Shown one piece after another: positions 48,682 to 60,783 of a stretch of 64,000 nucleotides of DNA; positions within the stretch are counted from its first letter, which is position 1; every line of letters starts with the position of its first letter. Below the pieces are notes generated by a model, which saw nothing but the letters and a program-made list of their open reading frames with translations, was not told where the DNA came from and searched no databases. The stretch covers positions 134,726,001-134,790,000 of the forward strand of contig OX597819.1 of the NCBI GenBank assembly GCA_951406725.2, written 5' to 3'. The DNA is from Octopus vulgaris (lineage: Eukaryota). Position numbers and translations under genes: made by a program.

Positions 48682-48900
48682 ATGTATATATGTTTGTGTG
48701 TCTGTGTTTGTTCCCCCAACATCGCTTGACAACCAATGCTGGTGTGTTTACGTCCCTGTAACTTAGCGGTTCAGGAAAAAGAGACCAATAGAATAAGTAC
48801 TTGGCTTACAAAGAATAAGTCCTGGAGTCAATTTGCTCGATCGACTAAAGGCAGTGCTCCAGCATGACCATAGTCAAATGACTGAAACCAGTAAAAGAGA
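48492..48900 (+). mobile_element. Near full-length CORE-type tRNA SINE with a LINE-derived 3' tail
   Basis: GGCGTAGGAGTGGC head, GGTTCAATCCC B box, TTGGGCAAGTG core, internal (TG)n, tail GGCAGTGCTCCAGCATGACC...ACTGAAACCAGTAAAAGA. Confidence 0.8.
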
Positions 48901-49132
48901 AAGGTGGTGAATATTTGGAAATGACAATGAGCATTGTATGAGAGAAGAAAGTTTTTCACATTGATGGCATCTTTTGTGGCCAGATGCTGTTGTTTGATAT
49001 GGAGATAATTGGAGTATGTGTCAAGATATTAATATTCATGGATTGATGGATGTATAGAAGGGGTGGCATATAAATTGTGACTTGAAATGTATCTCTTTTT
49101 AAATGTATCTCTTCTTTTGTATCAAACTACAG

Positions 49133-49244
49133 TATTTGTGTTAGACCCCTTGGTTTTCAAGATGATAAACAAGAAGTGGTATAGTTTTTATGGCGCAGGA
49201 GAATATACGTTATTAACGGTTAAAGCTCCATGGTTTGACACAAG
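49133..49244 (+). CDS. Exon I: start of the VWD domain
   Basis: Acceptor actacag|TA, donor CAAG|gtaagt; 112 nt, phase 1-2; VFVLDPLVFKMINKKWYSFYGAGEYTLLTVKAPWFDT aligns with the VWD start GDPH..T.DG..Y.F.G.GEY.LL. Confidence 0.82.
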
Positions 49245-49804
49245 GTAAGTTACCTTCCTATATATATATATACGTGTGCGTGTGTGTGTGTGTAACATGA
49301 TGTAAAATAATAGATACCTACAATTAATTCTTTGGTTGAACTCATGTCTAAACTTCAGCTTCAGGTGCCGCTTTAAATGTAAAGATGTGGCAACCGCCTT
49401 AATAAGAATCAGCTGTTGACAATGTATTGATTAAACTGGTTTCATGTATATTAGAATAAAAGGATAGAGAGGTGAATCACAGGTATTGAATCAGATACCT
49501 GTTGTTTATAAATTCATGGCGTTTGGAAGGGCATCCAGCCATAGAAACATTGCCAGATCAGACTGGGCCTGGTGCAGCCTTCTGGCTTCCCAGACCCCAG
49601 TTGAACCGTCCAACCCATGCTAACATGGAAAGCGGACGCTAAACGATGATGATGACAACATATTGAGAGGAACAAATACATAAAGGAATATAAACCCTAG
49701 ATCAGTAAAACCTCACAGCAAGTATTATCTCTTAATGTGACTTCTACTGATTTCCTATGTTTTAGATTCCTTTAGGCATTTGTTTCTCTCTCTCTCTCTC
49801 TCTT

Positions 49805-50993
49805 CATCACCACCATTAACACTCACCTTTCATGCTGACATGGTTTGGATGGTTTGACTGGAGATGGCAAGCCAAGCTGTATTGTCTGCTTTGATATGGT
49901 TTCTACAGCTGGACACTTTTCCTAATGCCAACCACTTTACATGGCACCAGCACCAGTGGAGTCACTAAGTACCTTGCAAGACAGAACCTCTAAACTGAGC
50001 AGGGTTAGGGTATTGAATGCGGTGACTTTGTGCCAAGTGATGGGAGGGACAGAAACAAGTGTCTGTCATCAGTAGAGCTGAGACATGCCCACCTCCACCG
50101 GGAAAAGGGAAAGAAAAGAGGAGAAGAGAGAGAGAGAGAAGATGGTGAAGATGTGTCAGTGCATATCCTCAACTTACATGGAAGGAGATATAAGTGAAGG
50201 ATTGGATAAGGTGGGTGGGTGGGTAAGCTCATGAGATTGCAAAAGGAGAGTAGAAGATGGAGGAGAGGTGAACACAGTTGGATGTAGGGGTTAGGGTTAG
50301 GAAGATGAGTTGTGGGGAGGTTTGTAAGGGATAGACATAAATAGCCTTTAGGGCCTCATTTTTACTTAGATGCATTGGTTTTCTTAAGCAAAATATCAAT
50401 CATCTTGGTTCTTTTGTCATCTCCTCTATGAGGCTCAACATTAGAGCATTTTTCACCATTTCATCCCACATCTTCGTGGGTCTTCCTCTTCCACAGGCTC
50501 CATTCGCATCACATGACCATACCAACACAGTCTTCTCTCTTGAGCACTATATCTAATACTTCTTACGCCCAATTTTTCTCTCAACATATTTATACATTGC
50601 TGTACATGCACACTGGCAGTGCACATCCAATGCAGCATACTGCATTCCTCTCTTTCAAGACTTTGCCTGTCTTCTGTATTTACAGCTTGTATTTCACTGC
50701 CATGTAGCATAGCTCTTCATACAAAAGCATCACACAATCTGCCTTCCACTCTAAGGAGAGTCACTTTGTCACTGACAAACATAATTGATCTCTGAACTTC
50801 ATTTCCCAGCTAGTTCTTATTCTAGTAGCTATGCTTAATCATCATCATCATCGTTTAACGTCCGCTTTATATGCTGGCATGGGTTGCACGATTTGACTGA
50901 GGACTGGTGAACCAGATGGCTGCACCAGGCTTCAATCTTGATCTGGCAGTTTCTACAGCTTGATGCCCTTCCTAACACCAACAACTTTGAGAG
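49805..50993 (-). mobile_element. Decayed RTE LINE fragments (a + strand RTE tail also lies at about 49518-49655)
   Basis: MLHGSE...ERRLCWYGHVMRM; 3' UTR boxes and (CAT)n tails. Confidence 0.7.
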
Positions 50994-51184
50994 TAAGATT
51001 AACTGTGGTAATAGAACTTTAAACCCTAAATAAGATTATTTTTACTGACTTTTTTCTTGACTTAGTATTTTCCTGCTATCGTCATCATGATAACCTTTAA
51101 TATAATTGTTGTTGTTCTTAGTGGTAGTAGCAGTAGAAATAGTACCTCTAAGTATTATTATTATTATTATTATTTATTTAGCTT

Positions 51185-51570
51185 AGTTTGGAATTTATTA
51201 ATAAAGTTCTTTTCTCTGATTTAATCTCTTGGATTGTGTAGTTTGTGGAATGGAAATATAAATATCTTCTGACCACAACTTGCTTGATGGTTACTCAAAG
51301 GTATCTGACAGACATCTGGGTCTCTAATCTGCTGTCGGTGCACACATGAACATTCTGATGGTGCATTTCCAGTCTGACCCACATATGGTTCTTCACAATT
51401 CAGGCATTTGATGCAATAAATTAAATTTCTGCTTTTGCAGTTCGTATTTGATTTTGTGAATATTTTTCCCAGTTTTTGTTTTGTGTTCATATATTGGCCG
51501 CTATGTATGAATTGGCATGTGCCACATTGGCTGTCATTGCATTTAGATACAGTGTGAACCAGACAATGTC
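51185..51570 (-). mobile_element. Penelope-like element GIY-YIG endonuclease fragment
   Basis: ORF 51221-51490: TNCKSRNLIYCIKCLNCEEPYVGQTGN....HRQQIR. Confidence 0.82.
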
Positions 51571-51584
51571 TGCATCAGTTGTCT

Positions 51585-52490
51585 CATTTTACAGCTCTTC
51601 CTGCATCTCTGTCCCTTTTGTGCATCAGGTACTTGGTTGATATTTCCTGTTCCTGGATTGCAAACACATACCCTTCAAAGTGGGAAGTAGTAATCCAGCT
51701 ATTGTTCCATGATAGACTGCTTTGGTGATCGGTGTTACTCTCATCTCGGAGCTTTCTACTGATATATCCATGCATTGTCTCCTGCTCATATAGGCTCATC
51801 TTTTCATCTGATGATACGTTGCAGTTGAGCCGTGTGATTTCTCTGAGCATACCTTCTCGGTTATCAGACAAAGAATGTTGCTCAAGGAGCTGCATCTCCA
51901 AGTTTTATGATGTTATCAGCCTCATCTATGCAAACTTGGTCAAGGGATGCACTCTGACAGTTGGTGGTTAAAAGATGTCGCCAAGGGGATGTGATGCGTC
52001 ATTCAAAGGCATTTTAGATCAATATTAAGCCTCTGCCACCTTGTTTTCGTTTTAGGTAGAGGCAGTCTACATCACATCCAGCCAAGCAGCTCAAATGTTG
52101 GTATGAGTACTGGCACTGCAAACACATTGTGGGCCACTGTTTTCTTGAATGCAGAGAGTTCTGAGGCCCAAATTTTCTTTATTTGTCTGTAATACTCTTT
52201 AGTGACACATGTTTTGTTACAAGTGCCTTTGTAAGATATGTTTTCATCCACCCTTAGATACCTATGACATTCCTCATCAGATATAGGGGAAACAGTTAAG
52301 TCATTGATGGAGATGTTGCTAGTCTACTCTACAATTTTCCTTCCTTTCACAGTTATATAGCAACATTTATCCTGACCAAACTCCAACCCTACATCCTTTG
52401 AGAATGTTGTAACCAGGTCAAGGCTCTTTTTCATCTCATGCATATTCTTTGCATAAAGTTTCAAGTCATCCACAAAGAAACATACAAAGA
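51585..52490 (-). mobile_element. R4/Dong-like RLE LINE fragment
   Basis: FFVDDLKLYAKN...FGQDKC; MHGY; EGYVFAIQEQEISTKY. Confidence 0.75.
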
Positions 52491-52600
52491 AATGTTTGTA
52501 TGTATGCATGTATGTATGCATGTATGTGTTTATTTATGTATGTATGTATGTATGTATGTATGTTGACTGATATTCTTTGTGTTCTTTATTTTATTCAAAG

Positions 52601-52682
52601 TGTTACAATTCAAGCACGTGTAGAAATGGAAGACAATGACCAATTCTCAAAAATACCAGTCTACACAGCCTTTGCTATCAAG
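52601..52682 (+). CDS. Exon J: VWD domain continuation
   Basis: Acceptor ttcaaag|T, donor AAG|gtaaaa; 82 nt, phase 2-0; SVTIQARVEMEDNDQFSKIPVYTAFAIK (Q-A/G-R...T-A-x-A pattern of MUC4/SUSD2-type VWD). No next exon was found inside the window. Confidence 0.8.
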
Positions 52683-53279
52683 GTAAAAATCTTCATTCAT
52701 TTATATTCAACACAAGCATTTTTTTTCACCTTTAAAGGGAGACAGGGGCAACTGAACTGACCGCCGTCTATTTTAGTTTCGACTCTAAACTGAGAAACAG
52801 TAAAATCAGCTTTTGTAAGAGTTCAGAGATAAATCTGAAGATTTTGAATCCAAAACTCCAAAGTTCTTCACTACTTCTAGTGAGAATAATAAAAATTGTT
52901 TTTTTTTGATTATCATTAATGGAGGTGAAAAATTCCTCTGACACTAATTCTTTCTAATTTTTGGCACATGGCTAGCAGTTTTGAGGGGAGCAGTTTACAT
53001 TGTCCCCAGTATTTGACTGGTACTTGTTTTATTTACTTTGAATCGAAGAAAGGTAAAGTGGACCTCAGAATCTAAAGACAGACAAACTGCTGCCAAACAT
53101 TGCATCTAGTATGCTAAGAATTCTGCCAGTTTATCACCTTCATGGTGATGATGATGATGATGATAATCATCATCATCACCACCATCATCGTCGTTTAACG
53201 TTCACTTTCCATGCTAGCATGGTTTGGACAATTTGACTGAGGATTGGCGAACCAGATGGCTGCATCAGGCTCCATTCTT

Positions 53280-56200
53280 GGGGATATTAGAAATACACTT
53301 TCCTTGAATAGAACTCCTCCTTCTACAAAAAAGGATGTAAAAAGGGATTCCTATGGGTACAAAGACCAATTGCTCATAAAATAGAATGATTTTAGAAAAT
53401 AGCTACATCAAAAGCAAAAGCCTGGATCGATTACAGGAAAGTATTTGGTAGTGTCCTACATAAATGGGTACTCAAAGCCCTTGATATATATAGACATTTA
53501 TATATAAGAATTTTTTGCGTAATGAGATAAAAAAAGCCAAGGCTGTATAGATATTAGAGCATTTATAGATAGGTCTTACAGCTGTTTCTAGGATATTTAT
53601 TAATAATATCCCTTCATCGGAGATGGTGTGAGAGGAAAAATTAAGTCATAGTTAGTTTAGTAGATGTGATACAAAATAGAGAGTGAGGTGGAGGAAAGAA
53701 AATAGATGCAAGATATGTATGGGTATTGAATTTGTAAATCCGTTTTATAGGCATAATGGTATATATGCAATATTCAAATATCCTTTGAGTAAAATCCAAA
53801 AGTCCAACAGAGTTTAATATGAGTCCTTCCATATATATATATATATACAGATATATAGATATAGATATAATCTCTCCTGTCATTTCCAAATTCTCATGAA
53901 ATTGCATGGCCAAATGGAACACATATTTTTATAAACCATAGAAAGTGAGTGAGCCAATCTAATAGCATCCACATCAAATGACGCCTTTTTCAAGATGACT
54001 CCCTCGTCCCATTACTTTCTGCATGGCACTGATCCCACTCTTTAATGAATTGAACAGCACTGAATATGGCTACAAAATTATTAAGAAGATCATGAACCAT
54101 CTTTTCTACATGGACAATTTGAAGTTGTTTGCAATGAATGGCAAAGAACTCGGTCTGTGTGAGAGTTTAGCAGTGACATTGGGTTGGTGGACTTTGATAA
54201 GTCTGCTAAAGCAACTTCTGTAAGAGGCAAGCTCAGAGAAAGGATGTCCATTAAATCAGGTATCAGCGTTACCATCGAAGATTTTGACCCACAAGAAACT
54301 TATAAATACCTGTGTATAAATGAAAGAGATGGCATACATCATAGCACTATGAAGGAAAAGATAAGCAACAAATACTACAGGAGAATAAGACTCAAACTGA
54401 ACTCTAAGAATTGCATTGAAGCCATCATCAGCCTGGCAATCAGTCGTCCAGTACAGTTTTAATATTATTAATTGGAATCATACAGAATTTCAATGCATGG
54501 ATAGGAAGTTGAGAAAGTTATTGTCAATTAATAACCTGCATCACCCTAAGATATTGATCACCTGTGCCTACCTAGAAGCAGAAGAAAAAGAGGAATGATG
54601 CATATAGGATTCTACCTTAAAACAGCCACTATAAAAATGAACAGCTACTTAACTAGGGCACATTCAGTTGTCAGGGAAACTTGTAAACTTGCAAAGGAAC
54701 TTGATATTAATCCTGACTTGGATGAAAAAACTGAAACCAATGCTACCAGGTGAGTAAAACAGTCAAACAAACTAGTAAAAAGGAAAAGTGGGCCCAAAAG
54801 CCTCTGCATGGACCATCTTCTTTGAAGCCAAAATGCTTATATTGACCAAGAAACAAACCAGCAGTGGCTGAGGAGTTTAGGAATGAAAGCAGACTGGCAA
54901 CACAAGACCAAAGCTTTTTTACTACTTAAAAATATTCTTAAAAATGGTTCTGACCCAAAATGCAGATTCTGCAGCAAATTTGATGAAACAATAGACTGTC
55001 TTGTCTTGGGATGTCCTCTGCTTAAATATAAAAATTGTCACTATAGGGTAGGCTAATATTTACATCAGAAAATACGTAAGTACTACCAAATCAACACTCC
55101 TGCTAACTGGTATGAACACCGCTCTGAACCAGTGGTCAATGCTAAAAATGTCACCATCCTCCGGGATTTTCCAGACAGAATAATCCAGGCTATTAAAGAC
55201 AAGAAAGAAAATACTTGTAAACTGATAGATATGTGTCCTCCCTGATAAGAATATATCAAAGAATTTGAAAAGATCAGTAAATGCAAGAACCTGGAAATTG
55301 AAAAACAAAAAAATATGGTATTTTAAATTGAAGCTGCTTCCCATTATTGTAGGAGTCCTTGTTACAATAAAGATGTGAGACCATAAACACTGTTGCCCTG
55401 GGAACAGCAGAACCATGGCAAAATGAGAAAAATTGATGAGATTTGAAACTCTAAAGAAAGAAACCAAAAGGCTATGGGCAATGTAAATAGTGTATATTGT
55501 GCAAATAATTGTTGGTGCCCGAGGTATAGAGAGCAAAGAGATTGAAAGTTGGCTGGAAAAGATTGACATAAAAAAGGAAAATAGAGAATTTCCCAAAAGC
55601 AGCGTTACTTGGTGGTAGTGCAAGGAATCTCTGCAAAGTCCTCAAGGTTTGAAAAGAACATATTTCCACAGTTTACAAGAAGTGATTATTTGGTACGTTA
55701 ATGACTGCCCGAAATTGGCATAATATGATTACAAAAGACAAAATGACAATGTAGTTAAGGATGATCCATTGGGAGCTCTGTGGAAATCACAGCCTACAAA
55801 GAGCAAACACGTGGTATGAGAAAACCCCAGAAGGGGTCACCAATAATGAAGATTGCAAAATCCTGTGTGTGGGACGCAATAATTCAGTGTGATCACCTGA
55901 CCAAACATTGGAAATCAGACATTATTGTGGTGAATAAAAAAGGAAGAACTTGCATGATAATCAACATAGTGATTATCAGTGATAACAGGATCAAAGATCA
56001 TAGTGATTATCAGTGATAACAGGATCAAAGAAGAAAAACTGAACAACTAAGATGATTTGAAGTGGAAAACATGAAGGGTGTGGTCAGTGAGGGAAGCAGA
56101 CATGATACCAGTAGTAATTGGCATGTTTGGCAACTACCAACATGACTTGAAAAGATTGGTGCAAATGTTAAGATAGAATGCAAAGAAAAATCAGCATTGT

Positions 56201-56330
56201 TTGCAATTACACAAATTTTTCACAAGGTTCTTGAAGCATGACCAGTAAACAAGTGCCACCTTAGTCTGCTGACTGTGGACAGCTGACACTTTCCATCATA
56301 CCCAGCAAAATAAGCTGAGAGTTTTCAGAA
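53280..56330 (+). mobile_element. Old R4/Dong-like LINE relics, interrupted by a Penelope-like fragment (about 53490-53870)
   Basis: QDDSLVPLLFCMAL.PL, NHLFYMDNLKLFA, YKYL, LHHPK, CRFC..FDETID.LV.GCP, IIVG.L motifs; heavily mutated. Confidence 0.72.
53574..53623 (-). ncRNA. Type I hammerhead ribozyme motif (Penelope-type)
   Basis: Minus strand TCT-CCGATGA-AGGGATATT-ATTAATA-AATATCCTA-GAA-ACAGCTGT-A-AGA: stem I TCT/AGA, core CCGAUGA, long stem II, palindromic stem III ACAGCTGT, GUA triplet. Confidence 0.68.
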
Positions 56331-56879
56331 CAACAACAACAGTAGCAGCAATAATATTTTTTCCCATCTAAACACGAAGGGGCATTAGATAATTAAACCA
56401 GGCCCATTGCTTCTTTGGAACTTTATCAACCCCAAAAAGCTGACTGACTAACTTGACATTGGTAAGATTTGAACTCAGAGTACAATCCAGGAACATAGAA
56501 CTGCCCATGTAAAGGTCCTGTTCGTTGCTTGTTTAATTTTTTACAAAGTAAATATATTTTCTGTTCTTTGTTGGTACACATGGGACTTTACTTATGTTTT
56601 TAGCTTAAATGTAACTTTAATAACATAAAACACAGCTAGAAAAAAAAAAGGATAACAATGACTTTACTTGTAGACAAGTCATTGGTTGGTATTAATGTGT
56701 AAAATCCAACAAAGAAATCACTCAATTTTTCAGTATTAATCAACCAATGCTTAGTGAAAAAAATGCTCCATCCATACAAGTTAATCCAGAAAGCAATTTG
56801 GAACATTTCTTAAGTTACTGCAGCATTTTTGACCAGTTTAACATTATTGCGTAATGAGTTTCCAAATTGTCTTCACATC

Positions 56880-57433
56880 TTGACTGTAAACGAGATAGCT
56901 GTGGCAGGTAGTGTTTAGCAGAGAGTGTTCACAGTGCTGTTGCAGCCATCTCCTCCTTCAATCTGGAATAACGAAAGTTGGCAGATCAGCTTATTAGATG
57001 TATGAGGAGGGGTCAAACATTTCCAGGACTGTTTAATGCCCTGGGGGCACAATACCATATTTCTGGGGGTGACACTCATAGCAAGTTTTTCAGATTGCTC
57101 ATTGTCTTCCAGGGACATTCTTCTGCTTTTGAAGCATTTGTACCCCTCAAATCATTGTGTATGACCCATTGCCTCATTGCTCTAAGTTTGCTGAAGCATG
57201 CTCAATGTCTCTGTTGGCTCTTTGTTCCTGTTCAAGATTAAATTGCAGACTACAGCAGACACGTGCGATCACAAAAACACAAATTTCATAACTTGCAAAG
57301 TAAACACAGTGATGTCACTCAGTACACTGCCTTACGAAGGCCATTGATAGCTCTCACTGTGCATGAAACCTTGTGCTGCCATCTGCCGGCGTGCTGTAGA
57401 ACTAGTCTGGGAACTTGTTGATACCAGCCTGTA
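56880..57433 (-). mobile_element. Mariner transposon relic
   Basis: Terminus TA-CAGGCTGGTATCAACAAGTTCCCAGAC on minus; remnant EPTETLSMLQQT...MSLEDNEQSEK..SVTP resembles the mariner HTH region. Confidence 0.6.
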
Positions 57434-57870
57434 TAGTAATGATTCACTGAAATTACAAAAATCTAGAATTGTTCTAACCACCTCTCTTGAAAAAATCTCA
57501 AAAATTCTGGAATACTCCTCATTCTTGTAAAGAGTTCTTTTACCCATCTATTTCTTCAATGTACGAATTGCTAAGAAATTGAAGACAGAACCTCATCTCA
57601 TATGAGCAAGATTGTATATGAGAGCATCTTGATAGAAGGCTGCAGGCAAGATTGTTGAAGATTTCATCAAATTCTGAAGAGAAAGTAACATTGACTGGAG
57701 AACCGGTAAACATGACCATCTGTCACTGACAATCTTGGTAAATCCCTTTGGTAAATCTGTACAGTAAATCCATTTCTGACTGAGTGAAAAGTGGTGGTGC
57801 CCAGGGGAGCAGGGCTATAAAATACTGAGACAACTTTTGATAAGTTAATGAATTTTTTTACTCTGGCTGT

Positions 57871-57988
<118 letters not shown>

Positions 57989-58430
57989 ATTGTAGACTGC
58001 TGTACAAGCTATGAAAAGGATCTAACTAATAAATTATATTAGAGATCATTAATATGGAAGTCAAGAATCAGATTGTATGTAGCATTCTTTAAGAAGTGAA
58101 TAGCTATTAAATCACTTTGAAATAAAAATTGTGATTTATTGATTCATATAAAGCATTCAAAAGGCAGGTTTGAAAGTTTCACGAGTTGAAGGGGCACGTC
58201 TGTTGGTAAGATTGGAATTCTACGTAGAATTAATCCTCCTCTCCTTTCATGTGCCCAGAGAAAATATTAGTCTTGATGGTATTTAGCACGGCTTCTTTAC
58301 CATTAGTCTTGTGTCATTGCATAACCAGAGCTTGTCTTATTTACATTGCAGTATTATTTGCAATTCTACTTTTTTTCTTTTTTGTGTGTGTGTGTGTTAA
58401 CAGTATACCTGAACATCCCATGAAATTGAA

Positions 58431-58626
58431 CCCTTTAGCTTTCAGATTACTCTGTCAAATGTAATGCTTATTGATTCACATTGTCTTGAATTAATCATGC
58501 ATTATCTTGGAGCTCTGAGATTTCTTAATTTTAGAACGACATAGTGGGATGGGTATGAAAAGTCAGTTTGAACCTAAAACAGGTAGAATATTTGGGTCAG
58601 GTATGGCTGGTTTAATTGCTGAAGGG
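58431..58626. mobile_element. Short piggyBac-like MITE
   Basis: T(G)AA|CCCTTTAGC ... GCTGAAGGG|TTAA: CCC/GGG termini with TTAA-like flanks. Confidence 0.6.
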
Positions 58627-59177
58627 TTAAATATTCTGTAGGATAAGGATCCCTTCTTCCTGTTTCACAGACATCGCTGTGAAACAGCTGTGTTTGTCGA
58701 TTCATTGACTGGACATTTTCCTAGATGTAGCAGTTGGTGTCAGTTGATCCTGTCAACCGTAACGTTTTCAAGCAAATGTACTTCTTTCACACAGTCACTG
58801 GTGTGTTAGTTAATGATGTTGTAGGTTGGCAGACACATTCAGTATCATCAATTCATCTGCTGTGTTAAACATTATGCTTAGAACAGTTGGGGTGGTGGTG
58901 GTCATGTTGCTGTTACTGAAATAATAAAATCGTTTCTCTCTAACTTAAAACTAATTTTAATCAAATTGAGGGCTTGTCATGGTTGAAGATTTTTAAATAT
59001 GTATTTATGAATTAGTGTTTGGAAGGGTTTCGAGATATAGGAACCTTAGTAAAGCTGACACTGGAACTTGGTGTAGTCCTGTGACTTGTCAGCTCCTGTT
59101 AAACTTTCCACCCGTTTAATGGTGAAGATGTGTGAATGATGTTGAACAGTTGTTTATTGTTGTTTGAACTAGTCTCC

Positions 59178-59948
59178 TCGTCATCGTCTATCGATGGGTG
59201 TGACTCCCTGATCTTGCTCTGCTGCCTTGTAGATAGACTTTTTAGTCAAAGGCTCCGGGTGGGGTCCCCTAAGCTAACCCCCTACTCCGGCCTAGGCAAC
59301 CGGGTAGTATACACCTACTGAAAACCATGGATCCTTTTCTCTCTTTCACCATGGTTTGGATGGCACAGGCAGGAGAGGCTCATCAGCCATGGTTGGCAAC
59401 CCTCCTAGGAGAGGAAAACTCCGACTTCAAACCTACGGCCCGAGGCTCTCGCTGTCACCGTCCCAGCTCGCTAGGCCATGGCAGATGAAACTTGTGCTTA
59501 AAGGGTGGGGGCCAGTTTGCACACACTGCACTTCACCTTAAAAAACTCCCTAGTGCAGGCCAAAGGACATGTCCACGTTCTGTGACCAGCCATCCTAAAA
59601 GCCCTGCAGCGATGAGAAAGGGGCGAAAGTGGAAGATGTCACTGGAAGCCGTAGTCTCAACCCTACATGTTGGTGGCTCAGGACTTTGGTCGCCTGGTTG
59701 TCGATCCGGAGGTGACGACACCACTTGGCAGCATCCTGAGCGACCAGGCAGCCCTATTTAGGGAGAGCACTGCCTGCTCCACATGGAGAGGGGCAGTAGA
59801 AAAGGTTCGCCTAAACAAAGCTCGTCTCCTCTATACCCAGTTGACTAGCCGCGGTCAACGGGCATCTTCAGAGCAGTTGAACAAACATGGAAACGAAACC
59901 AAAGGAAAGTAAGCAGGAGTTGAAAGTTGACTGCTGGAATGTCAGAAT
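59178..59948 (+). mobile_element. 5' UTR and first codons of an RTE-like LINE (3'-truncated)
   Basis: GC-rich island containing GGCAACCCTCCTAGGAGAGGAAAACTCCGACTTCAAACC (an RTE 5' UTR-like motif, from recall), ending in TTGAAAGTTGACTGCTGGAATGTCAGA = LKVDCWNVR, the APE N-terminal WNVR motif. Confidence 0.6.
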
Positions 59949-60667
59949 AGTAAATTAGCTCCTTTATAAGATAAACAAGTGCTTCTGCAAATAAATTGTA
60001 TGTGTTGGAGTAGAAAAAAAAAATTTAGATAAGTATTATTTTATAACCTAAATATACTGTCATGATATTGTTTCAATAAAGAAATTGCCTCCCTCTCTTG
60101 GTATTAATATTTTAAAGATAATCCTTTAAATTATTAATCACTGGCAACAACCCTATGAAATTTGTTTAAGAAAAAAGCTCAAACAGCCATTCTGATTCTG
60201 TTTTATTTTTTTTAATGAGATGTGTTTGTTTATGCTATTAAAATGTTTGTGCCATTAAAATGAGCATGCCATTAAAATATTCATGCCATTAAAACATAAA
60301 TTTTATAAATGCCATTTCTGCATTTTTTTTTCTTTTTTCCTAATATCCAAACACCTAATTCATTTGTTTACAAAAGAAGTTTTAAAAAGATTTTCTTGCA
60401 AAAATAATGAAAACAAGGTGGATGTCACTGGTAGTTGTGAGAATTTCTTGAATTAAAAATTTTTTTTATTTAAATCTAGTCTGAAAATGCAGTTTTGGAA
60501 ATAAGTGAGAAAGGAAATGTGTTGATTGAGAATAATACTGACAACATATTTGAAAAAGAAAACAACACCATCTTCTTTAACAACATGCATTTAGAGGTAT
60601 TTATATCTGTTATTTTTCTGAATGACTAAGAGTTCTGTTTTCACTATACTCAAGATTCTTCTTCTTC

Positions 60668-60671
60668 TTGC

Positions 60672-60709
<38 letters not shown>

Positions 60710-60740
60710 TTGTTGCTGTTGCTGTTGTTGTTGCTGTTGC

Positions 60741-60782
<42 letters not shown>
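60668..60782. repeat. (CTG/TTG)n trinucleotide microsatellite
   Basis: Directly visible; gives the spurious poly-L/poly-A/poly-S ORFs. Confidence 0.95.
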
Positions 60783-60783
<1 letters not shown>

